NCBI GenBank assembly: GCA_964035545.1
Contig: OZ037771.1
Coordinates: forward strand, 4,351,628-4,415,627
From: Bugula neritina
Taxonomy: Eukaryota; Animalia; Bryozoa
DNA length: 64,000 bases
Reading direction: 5' to 3'
The translations under genes and the position numbers were made by a program. A model generated the notes under the pieces. The model saw only the letters and a program-made list of their open reading frames with translations. It ran no database searches and was not told where the DNA came from. The stretch's first letter is position 1. Each line of letters begins with the position of its first letter. Shown here piece after piece: positions 14,431 through 31,017 of the stretch.

Positions 14431-17400
14431 ACACTGTAAATTGATACTATTGAAAATAATACTTCTTTCTATGGTATTATAAATGGCGCATTAATGAAAT
14501 TGAACGGAGCAGCTTCTTGACTACTCGTGTAATAGTCTTTGTGTAAAACCAGACATTGGTTACGTAACTAACCAACAAGTAGATTATCGATTACATAACC
14601 CACGCTGGCGGCAGGCTTGTCTGCAGTAGCTACCTGCAAAAGGAAACTCAACTAGCCAGAGCAACTGGTCACCTGGGCATTCATGTTTACCTAGCCGGCC
14701 AGTTTACCTTGGCAACAATGGTATTACTAAGTAATATTAATTATTGCACAACATAATGGTGCCAATAAATAGCTATAAACAAAATGCTGAATTTCTTGGA
14801 AACTTTTACTGCTATTTGTACCTGTTTAAAGCTGTCAGCACCACCCAAAGTAAAACATAAAAAGAATATTTTCCCCCAAGTTGAGCACTTGACAGTTGCT
14901 GTGGTTAGATTTTATTGCTATTAAAAGCTAGTCTACATACGGTACTTCGTTTAGCCGCACATAGATACAACTTGTAAAGGAAAATGACGTAATACTTCAA
15001 TCTAGTATTGTCTGGCATAACACACCCTACAATCACTATACAAACTGACCCACTTATCTATTTATTTCTCAACAAAATTAAATTAAGATGAACACCTCCC
15101 AGACCCCAAAATACAATGGACAACATGAACTTCTACTCCAACAGACTTTTTGAATATGCAGGTGTGATCTAGTGGAAACTTTGTGCCTTAGAAAAAAGGA
15201 CATTGTATAAATGACACTTGGCAAAGAGCTGCATAGCAAGTGTTGATGAATGTAGCTGGCAGACTATCAAATTAATCGTCAATTTTTTGTTGAAAATCAG
15301 GCCTAAATCTACCATTTACCATTGAGAGTAGTGTTCAACAGTACAACCTTATTATGATTACTCATTATACTGAATGAGAATAATTTATTACAAAAGACTA
15401 CAATAGACTACAATGCAGGCTATTAAATTGTTCTCAAGAACAAAGCTTCAAAGTATTGATTACTTTTCATAGTCGGGAATGGAAACAGAATGTTTAAAAT
15501 TTTATTTTTAACTATCAATAATTTGAACCAGTCTTGGGTATGAAAATATAGTTATTTCCAGGGTCTGCCATTCCCAGGTGTACTTTAATACGGAACAGCT
15601 TACTGTATAATGAGTTTGTAACTTTGGGAGTAAAACCAAAACTAATGGCAATAAAATAGTATATAACAGCTTGTTAGTGTAGTACTAGCTAGCTGTGGCT
15701 ATAATCATTAGTCTGGGCATGGCCTCAAGCTGTGAATGAGTAGTAAGCCATGGCTGTCCAGAAGTTAGGCAAGCCGGAAATCCATTGGAGATCTGTGATG
15801 TCATCGCAAGCCATGGTTCCAATTGAATGCAATTCATAGAATTTTGTAGCTTGCTAAATTGAAATTCTAGAGGTTTGGGCAGTAATTGGGAAATTGAGAA
15901 AAGCCTGTTTTCTAGATTAGTATGTCGCCATTAGAATTTCAACCACCCCAAACCAAAATTTAAGAAACTCAACCTAGGCTATCTCTGTTTTTTATTTGAT
16001 ACTTAGAAACGAATATTCATACGATTTATTTTCAAATTGCTCTCACCTGAATATCGAAGATACCAATACTTAGAAATATACGTTATGTTGTCACCATTAA
16101 AAACCAGTCTGGGGTTTTAAAAAGTTGTTACTTCTTAGTATATTCTACTCCTTAACTTGTCTACTTTTACTTTTAAGCTACAGGACCGTGTGTTGTATTC
16201 TTAATTACTGACCAATCAACCATGCAAGCTTAACTTTTCAATTAAAAAATTTCCGGGTAGTTATTTTTTATAAAAGATTTTAATATAACGATAACAAGCT
16301 ATTTCAATTTTTCCAGTACAGACTAACAAAAGAAATCGGGTGTTAAGTCTCAACTAAAACACAGTAGATTATGTATAGCACTAATGGCAATACTTGATAT
16401 AAATATATAAATAGTACTTTCGAATATGCTAAAGTGAATTAAAAAACTTAAAGCTCCGCCATTTCAACTGGGAGTCTTATAAGATGATATTCAGATTGTG
16501 TTAATCTTAGCGTGCATTACAATTATTGATTGTTGAAACATACTTACGTAAGAATAAGACGGATGTAAAGAAACTTCTACTCTGTATTGTAATAATCTAT
16601 CACCTATAAAGTAACTATTAATTTTCCTCTAGTCAGTGTAGACTAATATGCAGCGAGCAGAACGTAAGTAGCTTTTATAATGCAAGAGTCGGTTAGCAAT
16701 AACACAGCAAATTGTACACTGTTTTGCTACTCACCTTGCTTCGCGTTATATAGTGGTGAATAAATAGACCTATACGTTACAATCGTTATTTATATATGTA
16801 AAACTGACTAAGTACGCAGCTACCCAGGTATAACTAATCACATGTAAAATAAGCCAATCAGCTGTCCTGTGTCCTGAGTACTCAATTGCTAGAGGTGTAC
16901 TGGTGCGTCATTCTCTTTCAACTGAACAAAACACAATTTGGTGCCAAAAGACCTTTGACCTACGATCTTTTATCAAACTGCTTGCAATCATGCAAAAAAG
17001 TGGGGCACTGTGTGCTATAAAGTTTTGCCCAAAGCTGACAAGATCATGTAAACAAAAGTATAGAGCTAGCAAAATGCTAAATATTTCCTGTGAGACTTTT
17101 TTATGCATAAAAAACTGTAGAGCTGTGAAGTTATATAATAATAAGTATTATAAATAAATTTTAAAATTATTAGAGATTGCATTTCGTTTAGTCAGTTACA
17201 TGAGGCTGAGGTTCACCTATTCAAGGGTGTCAGTGAGCATTGAAATTGTGAGAAATTTTCTGCCAAAACAAGCCAAAAGTAGAATAGAAGAGATACACCC
17301 CTTATGAACAGCTTTCAAGTGCACCATTCGCTACAACTATGCCACGCTACTATATTATTGCATCAGAGTGCTCCAGTCGGCATTGAAAGATGCAATATCC

Positions 17401-18199
17401 CCTTAAATGCTAAACTTAAGCTTGAAATAGCTTAAATAAAACTCACCAATGCACAAATAACAGAACCAACCATTTATAAAAATAGGAAGCACCCCTTCTT
17501 GGCACGTGAAATCCAGCTAATAAATTACCACCAACTATGCAAAATCTATATACTTTAGGGTCTATACTAACATCAAACAAGGAACAGAATACCAATTAAT
17601 CTTATTTAGTTTTCAAAAAATATTAAATAAAATGTATAGCTTCATTTTCAAAATTATGTGAATTTTCACGTTTTAGGAAAGTATGTGTTTAGTTATCAAT
17701 CATGAAAGAATTAGTGTCTTGTCAAATAAAGCAAGCAGTAAAATAAGGAAAAGTTAATATGAAAACAGCTATTAATTATTAAGATAGCCAACTTTCAGCC
17801 ATACTACTTACAGTTAAATCCCTAGTGTACATTAAAAACAGCTATATTAATGTCTTAGTAAAATTACATGCATCCTATACTGAAGCAGCTTTATACTCAA
17901 GGCTACTACACTCATCAAGTCATTGGATTTCCGGTATGCAACACTCCATTTTGAAAGCTTCCTAAAATGGCTTCCACAATTTGTAATAGCAATGAAAAGT
18001 AAACTAGTAAAAAGTTGAAAAGACATTTTTATTTACTCAAATAGTTGAGTTTAGTCCTGGTGAATGTAGCCTAGTGTGCCATTAGAAAAGTTTGAGAAAT
18101 TCAAAGTACTATTAAGCATCTATAACAATTTAGTATTATATGAAACATTTGTCTGAGAAATCTAAAGACATTAATCATACTTTTCCTGTTTGTTGCAGA

Positions 18200-18850
18200 G
18201 AACAAAGTAAATGTTATCCCAGATCTTTGCTCCTTAATATTAACTGACTGTGACTATATACCAACTCGTATAACAGACAAAACTATTTGAGGAAGGACAT
18301 TGCAACACGTCTAAGTTAAACTATTTTTTGTTGTTATTGTAAGATTTGTGTAAAGCTTCTTCAATATCAGACTAATTTAAAGACTAGCAAAAGGAAGCAA
18401 AAAAGATTTTTAGCACAAGAAAAAAACTAAAAGCTAAGAAAAACAATAAAGAATGGAACATTATAAATAATGTTCATTACGGCATCTCTGGGACTTTCAT
18501 GTCTAGCAATATTGATGGGAGTATTATGTGACAAGAAAATCCTAAAGAACCTGAAAAGATAGTGCTACTGTATGAAGCTGAAACATGACCATTGACAGAT
18601 TACCTGTATGGTTGAAAGATTTAATGTGTGTGATACGAAAATGCTGAATTAGTCTTGAGGAGCACAAAACCAACAAAACAAATTTCAAGAATGTGCTAGA
18701 CCTGACGAGAAGAAGAGGGTTACACTAGTTTGGACACAAAAGAGAGAAAGATGGTGGCATTATAAGATTGCATGAGATGCAATGAGAGTCAGAGGAAAGA
18801 AAATTTGGGAAAGTAAAGATGGAAGAACACAATCAGGAAGAATCTCCAAT
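18200..18850 (+). mobile_element. Decayed 3' fragment of an RTE-clade LINE ORF
   Basis: Fragments translate as VLLYEAET*PLT (consensus VLLYGAETW), ERFNVCDTKML, HKTN and RRRGLH*FGH (consensus RRLRWFGH), with stops and frameshifts. Confidence 0.65.
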
Positions 18851-19953
18851 ACCATTCCCTCAATGAAGATAGAGAAACCTGACTGAGCTAGGCCTTTGGC
18901 AGCCATTCCGCTATCTGAACAGAACAGAGCAGAGATGGGTGATGATGAGTAAAGATCAAAATATTGAATTGTGACAAGTACATTGGCACTCACCATTGCC
19001 CACTAAACCTAAAATGAAAAATTATGATATAGCAGCTGTGTAACATAAGCTCTAAAACCCAATGTTTATCTTCAATAAATTGTTTTCTACGCAAGTATTT
19101 AACCACCAATATTGTATAAAAGATTGTCAACAAAACAAAGACCATCAAACAATGAAAATTCTATTCTAAAATTTAATTTAATGAAATAAATTTTAAAAAT
19201 AGAAGAGATTTGTACTAAATTTAATATTAATACTTACCATTTTTGTTTTTTCAGGCTTGCAAGTAAACCTAAATTTTCCTCCTAGTTTATTATCAATCTT
19301 TTATTGCAATTGTGAGCACTAAAATGAAATTTTGACCAAGATTTTTTTAAAATTTTATTTTCAATCACTTATACTAATACTTAAATCTAAATAATTCTAT
19401 TACAAATCAAATTGCATACCACTTATGACTTATTCATATTGTAATTGTCATAAGATTTACTATGAAATTTTCAAAAGTAAGCAATAGATGAGAATTGTGT
19501 TTATTTTATAAAAAAAACTTGCTGTATACTGTATACATCATACTATAAATTACATTGGGATAGTACTACTACTGCTATCACCAATCACTGGCAATCACTA
19601 TCACTATCAGTATCAGTAATACTAATCAATGGTAATCACAATGATAATTCTTACTCTAACTTGATAACCGCTAATCGTAAGACTATGCAGTTGCACGTGG
19701 CTTTAAAGTTCTTTAATCTAGAAACTTGCCACAAACAAGTGACATGCATGGTTAGAATTGGGCAAATTGAGCAATTTGTCGCTAGTTACAGTAAATTATA
19801 ACAAAGTGAAAGTAAAATCACCATGACTATTCTATGCTCTCAATTCTAGACTTTTAAAAGAAGAAATTGGCCTCGCTACAACAGCTTGTCTAAAAGGAGA
19901 TTAGCAAAAGAATAGACAACTCTAGTACTAAAATATTTTTAGCATGAGCTGTA

Positions 19954-19957
<4 letters not shown>

Positions 19958-19994
<37 letters not shown>
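19958..19994. repeat. (TG)n microsatellite
   Basis: Direct inspection. Confidence 0.95.
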
Positions 19995-19996
<2 letters not shown>

Positions 19997-20269
19997 ATAT
20001 TTTGTTTTTGAAGACTACATATCGTTCAATAACTTCCAAAAACTATAAATTATAACAAAGTTTTATGATTGATTGAAAAACATAATTATTATTATAATAG
20101 TGTTATATGTATAAGTATAATAAAATATTAGTATGAAACGTGTGTGAACAGACTATAGCATTACCTAATAGCTAATAATATGACCGTGATTAGCAGCAAA
20201 CGAGTACATGCGTACTTTCTAATAAACATAGATTTAAGTTACGGTATAGAATTATACTATTGTATATTA

Positions 20270-20722
20270 GGTGTCATTTCACATAGACACTTTCCAGATA
20301 GACGTTAGGCTGAGTTTCTCACTTGAACGCTTTCCACTTAGACGCTAACTAATTATTTTGGTACAATATATATTTTATGTGCAATTCATTAGAATATTAT
20401 TGAAATATATGTATATTTAAATAAACTTGAATCAATTGTTAGTTATTTAGCACATAAATAAATTCCTTTGGTCTGCATTAACTTATTGATTTTGTATTCT
20501 ATACTTCTTGTTGTGTGAAAAAATATTTTGGTATTAATAAGTATTCATTAAAAGTAATGTCTATTATTAATGTATTACTGTCTTTTGCCCCACAAAATCC
20601 ATGCATGAAAAGTGGGCTATTATTCCAGATACTTTATATTAGCTATTTAGCAACCAATGCAACAGTCATATACATTATATAAAATAGCGTCTAACTGGGA
20701 AGCATCTATGTGGGAGGAAACC
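20270..20722. mobile_element. Degenerate MITE-like element with subterminal repeats
   Basis: Left GGTGTCATTTCACATAGACACTTTCCAGATAGACG..TTTCCACTTAGACGCTA versus right TAGCGTCTAACTGGGAAGCATCTATGTGGGAGGAAACC (inverted). Confidence 0.5.
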
Positions 20723-21202
20723 GTATATTATTACATAAGCAAGACATATATAGAAATTGCTCTATAGTCTATAACATCATGTGCTATGGTGTATATATAT
20801 ATATAGCACTTTTATTTTTTGGTCATCACCAAATATGACATAAGTAGCAATAGTGCTGAGCCATTAAACAATTCAAGAGTAAATGATGCACAAAAATAAA
20901 ATTAACTCGTGTAAATTTTGATTTTGCATATAAGCTAACAGAAAAACTTGAGAGCTGTTTGCTTTAATTTTGCATTATACAATCCTATTTATTACCAAGT
21001 TAAGAACATATTAAAATTTAGAAACAGCTGAGCTATCATTTTTTAAGATTGTATTATGAGCAATTGAATTGAAAAGCAGATTACTCCCATAACATTTATT
21101 GATAGTTTCCTTGACCAACTACTCTATGCTGTCAGCGTGAATGTTACCTATTATTGTTCAGATTACGAAAGTGCGAGAGACGAAAAACTCTACTAATACA
21201 AA

Positions 21203-24200
21203 ATGGCGTCGAACTTTTTTGTCTGTATTACATTGACAATACTACAATTTTTTTGTTTTTGTTCTAGCCAAGAGTCACGCACAGAATTGTTTAGCATACA
21301 TGGCAAATTGTTAGTAGACAAAGTACTATTGCAAGGGCAAAACAAATGGTTGCAGTCGGCACACGTCTTTGTGAATGGTGGCCAGTTTATTGGCGTTCCT
21401 GAGTGAGTATCACTTAGTCTTACTCTTGCATTTACTCTTACTCGTAGTCTTACAGTTACTCGTACTCTTACTCTTATTCACTGTGACTATCAGTATCACT
21501 ATTAGTATGATTATCAGTATCAGTGTCATTATGATTCTCATACTCGTACTGTCAAACTATCCTCTTACATCTTACTTCCCATTTCTCAGTCTTACTCTTA
21601 CTCTTAGGCCTTAGCTCTTAGTTTTAGTTTTGCCTCTTACTGAGACTTACCTCTATCAATATGAATATGACTATTAGTAATTCAATATCATAATCATTTT
21701 AATTATGATTATCATTATGAATATTAGTAATACTAATACTAATAGTATCAGTGTATCACTGTTAATGTTCAATTTCACAATCACATTCACTGAGACTGAG
21801 AGTGAGTTATGAAGATTGAATCAGAGTATTAATATGACTATCACTTTGAATATCAATAATCAATATAAATATGTCTCCGGTAACAAGTATATGTATTACA
21901 TTTACTATTGCAATTTTGTATAACTATAAATTATTAAGTATAGCTCATAATCATAGTCCTACTAATACTATAAGTATAAGTATAAGTGTAACTTGCTATT
22001 ATTAGTAAATACTAAATTGATTATAAATTAAAATTTACAATTTTATTAATTGGTAAATAAAGTAGCATTTAATTTATGTTTATTTAAATCAAGTAAGATT
22101 GCCATCCTACTGATTGATATTGGTAGTGGTACGCATAGTCTGACTGATACTGTATAACTATAACTTTAACTTATAAATATGATATTGATTTTAATATTTC
22201 GTATTCTAACTCTTTCTAACTCGTTAAGCTAAGAATTGGAGTAAAACTAAAAATTATCAGTTACTAAGTCTAGTTAATCAAGACTCAATATGAATGTTAT
22301 AATAATTATTGTCAGTATCACTATCATTGCGATCTCAAAAGTTATTGCTGTCACTGATATGTATCAGGTTCATAGCGATACTTGCTCGGACTTTTACTCA
22401 CACTTATATTAGATTGATTGCTTGTACAATTATAGTGGTAACACGGGTTCCGTTGACCCATTACTGTCATGGCTGTATGTGTTATTCATGTATTGGTCTA
22501 TCCATTCACAGTTAGGCCCGCAACGAACTTTGGTGTTTTATATCTCAGATATTCAAGTCTTGTATTTTATAAACTAGGTAGTGTTATCATTATAAGCAGT
22601 GCCACTGTGATGGTTATTATAAAGTTATAAATTAAATTAAATTTTTTACTAATAATTTACATTGACTATTACTAATAATTGGTCATTTGTTACCAGTGGT
22701 TACTGGAATCATTAGTTAGCAACTGTAAGGGTTAACAATATATTTTCCCTAATGAGCATGACAATATGAATCACAGGATCAAGTTTTATTTGACTTAAAA
22801 GTGCTAACTCTTTTGGGCGCTCATCATTTTTCTGTGAACTACAGTGACATTCTACTACCAGGCATCCACTCATCAAAATTACAAACCTGAAACTGCTGAC
22901 AATACTCAGATATTTATGCTGACATTGGCAGTGAAGTTTACGACTATCAGAACTCTAGATGTAGGCTATTAATATTCAGAATATGTCTGGTCACGCACCA
23001 TCTCTGTCTTATGTTTCACAGGATGTAATGCTGTTTCAACTTTACTTGTAGTCAAGATGGAAGTTTCATGATATCAGGTTTACCTAGTGCGTCGTATGTA
23101 GTCGAAGTCTCTCATCCCACCTTTGTTTTCCCACCATTCAGGGTTGATATCAACTCAAAAGGTGAGTGCAAGACATTTCAGCTGGTTATTGTATCTAGCT
23201 GAATGTACCTATATCTTACATCTCTGGTATGATAATAAGGAAAGTTGAACACGCCTTGAATTTTAGTTCGCTGCCTCAACACTTATTGGTAAATGTCTTT
23301 GCTTTGGTTTTAAGAAAATAAGCGTTTTCTTCGTTTCATTTGTGTCAAACCAAGAGATCTTGAAATTGCTGTTTGCCGTGTTCAAATAAACTGTTATAAA
23401 AGGGAAATTAATGTATGATTATGATGTGTATATATGTATCTGCAACTGCATGCCTAGTACTTCATATATAATATTAACAAAGTGTTATGTTCACAGGGAA
23501 ATTCCGCGCAAGAAAGCTGAATAATGTACAACCAAACAAAGTGGAAGCAGTAGAATACCCATTAATATTTAAAGCACAAGGCAGAGCACCATATTTTCAG
23601 AAAAGGGAGGAGTGGCGAATCACAGACATGCTTATGAATCCCATGGTAAGCGTTTCTTTAGCCAAGTTTGATAGACTCTGAGATTCTCGGGCTTTTCGTA
23701 CTTATGATACTCACACACATAAACAGGTTTTAAGGGTCTTGTGTTATAAAATTATGATCTTATGATTCATGGACTTATTTTTTGTGCGGTTTGAAGTATT
23801 TTAAACATCACTCTGATTTGATTGGTGAAATATGAAACATGATTTGAAAACTCCGAACTAATAAAAATTGCTCAAGCTTGCAGCACGTATCCTTATGACT
23901 GTTGAATGATTCAGAAGTTGCATCTATTGCTGTAACAGGAAATGACTCTGTTGATTCTCAGGTGCTGATGATGGTGCTGCCGATGGTACTCATCTTCCTC
24001 ATGCCTAAGATGATGAATGCTGCTGACGACGAAACAAAAAAGGTATTTATAGCATTTCACACAATAGAGTCAAATGTTATACTAAAGGTATTTATAGCAT
24101 TTCACACAATAGAGTCAAATGTTATACTAAACGTTTGTAATACCAACATGATTTCTGCTAAACCCATCTAATATATTAACATGAAAGTGGGTTTGAAAAT

Positions 24201-24476
24201 TGTGTAAAAAGTTATGCTCTCTTGGTTGTTTTTGATCATAATAATTTTGTGTCTGTAATTGTCTCCCCACAGCATATTCTCTTATACTGTGGTAATAGTT
24301 TGGGAGGTGAGGGGATTTATATAGCCCGTGACATTTGCTTACAGGAAATGGAAGAATCGATGAACCGACTCAAACCCCCCTCAGCTAATAACTTGCCAGA
24401 TTTCAGCGAAACTCTAACCAGCTGGTTTGGTGGAGGCGGCAGTTCACAGGCAGCCAAGTCCAAGAAAAAGAAATAA
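21203..24476 (+). CDS. EMC7: ER membrane protein complex subunit 7
   Basis: Exons 21203-21402, 23052-23161, 23497-23645, 23962-24042, 24345-24476, GT-AG and in phase. Signal peptide, then [80 protein letters not shown], and a C-terminal LPDFSETLTSWFGG...KSKKKK, all matching EMC7. Confidence 0.95.
21408..22440. repeat. Degenerate 6-bp-periodic low-complexity tract in EMC7 intron 1
   Basis: Runs such as actatc agtatc actatt agtatg attatc agtatc agtgtc attatg and (actctt)n. Confidence 0.75.
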
Positions 24477-26408
24477 ATTTTGACTTTACATCTGCGTATA
24501 GTCTCTGTTTGTTTGTCAATGTTGTATATAAATATCAAGTATTTATTTATTATATTAATATAACAAACTTGGTACTGTTGTGTAACTATTGTGCATGTTG
24601 TTCTAATTTTGACATCTTCCTGTTATAGACTCGGCTTTCAAATGTAATAAATTTCGATAAAATAAGAAGGTGTTTGTTCTTGAAATAATCAGCATCAACT
24701 CAGCGTGATGGGAAGGATTTTCAGTGCTCTTTATTTAGCTGCTTTAGTTCAATAAGACAGCTTTGTCAGAAATGGCATTCTACACTAGTTTCTTGGCCTA
24801 CTAATGTTGAGCAACTAACGATAATAAGCATCACATGGGCAGATTCAAGCTGGGAAGGTGCTCTTTTATCGACTAAAGAGCTTATCGCAATGGGAAGTTT
24901 GAATCACTCAATGGCAAGTTACGCAGCGATAAGGGGTTACTGGTATAAAATTATACTTTATTACATTGGCAATTAACTGAATAATATTTTCGAAAGCAGT
25001 TCTTGCAATTGGAATATTGAAGAATGTGAAAGTATTTCATTATTGGCTTTATTTCTGAGAATATTGCAACATATCCATATGGGTACACTTGTAATGTATA
25101 AAATACTCTTCCACCATCAAATTTTTTAGATAAACATTTTCTCAGAAAAAATAATGCTAGGAGCAATTGTACAGCCAACTGAAAAGTTTCTATAACACCA
25201 TATTGAAGCCATGAATGCAAAACTGATGTTGATGGAAAGTATAACTTAAATTTAGTGGGCTTTTATGTAATTCTAAATGGTTGTTGTTTAAAGTCTATAT
25301 ACTTTTGATCCTGTACCCCAAATCCCCATGATAGCATCGAACTCTATGATTGCACCGATGTTTATACTATGTGTACATGGCTACTACAATCTACTACAAT
25401 CACTGGGCAATTCACTCAGATTAACATCTGTTTCAATCACACAATCTTTAAAAAATAGACTTGTAGTTTAATAATTTGAATTTTCGAACTCATGTAATTA
25501 TAATTGGCTAATAGTTTTTCCCATGCTGCACTTATTAAATAAAACCAACATAATATTTTGTAAACGAGACTTTTATACTAAATACTAGTAGATTAGTTTT
25601 GTAACTACACCTTGAAGCTCAAAACGTCTAGCATGTCTTATACACCGTCACTCAAACAGTTATACCACGAGAACCTAATCTAACGAAGTCTTAATTCTTA
25701 TAAATACCAAACAATAATTTATATCTCCTGTCCTGTAGAACGATTAGTGGAAATGTGATGACGCATAGGATTACTTTAATACATACTTCTAATATCAGAT
25801 AATCGCTTTACATGATTTCTATACATGCACCACACTATACAGGACTGAATGGTAAGCTTTCCACTGTCTCTTAGTAACTCTGTGCCTGTAGTTTTTAAAC
25901 TCTGTTTAAACTAAAAAAAATATAAGTCAACTTTTTAATTTATAAAAACAAACTGTTGCTTCTCTATGGTTTTCACAATTTGAAGTGAAAAATTTTATTT
26001 TAAAGGAAAACAGAAGAAGCTTCAATGTATGTGAAATGACTGAGTGATTAGGCATACGATTTTGTCTGAGGTTAAAACTTTTCCAACTTCAAAGAAATTG
26101 TCCCTATATACAGTAATTTGTTTACTAAATATAAATGTCCTTCTAGACTAATAATATGTCATATGGTACATGCCGTTAAATTTGTCTAATTAATAAATAC
26201 AAGCATATTTTTGTACTAACAATTTGTAATTACTCTGGTACCTAATAAAACAGTCAAGTTTCAAACTCTAAAATCATCACCTAAAGCATTTCTTTGACTC
26301 TCTTTTTGCATTAAAACTCTTGGAATCAATTTGGCCATTTCTTTTTATGTACAATATCTTCACCTAATAACTTACCTGACTTATTTTGTCTTGAAGTTGA
26401 GCTAAAAG

Positions 26409-30698
<4,290 letters not shown>

Positions 30699-31017
30699 AC
30701 ATCAAAGAAAGACGGGCGCTGCTGCTAGCTGCTGCCACGACAATGGAGTTGAAGACGAAATTCATCGATGAAATAATATATCAAGACTATGTGTAACACT
30801 AATGATTATATATTTATTTACCATTGTAGAATACTGTTTACTGAAGGCTTTGTAAACTTGAATTTATTTTAGCCAATTTTGCACAAGAAATGCCAATAAT
30901 ATAGAATTAAAATACAGACATCAGAGCACCCATAGAACAAGTATACTTTATTTCTCTACACAATAATCTATGCCGACTGTTACTGCATCCAATAAATATT
31001 TCAAACAATGATCTCTT

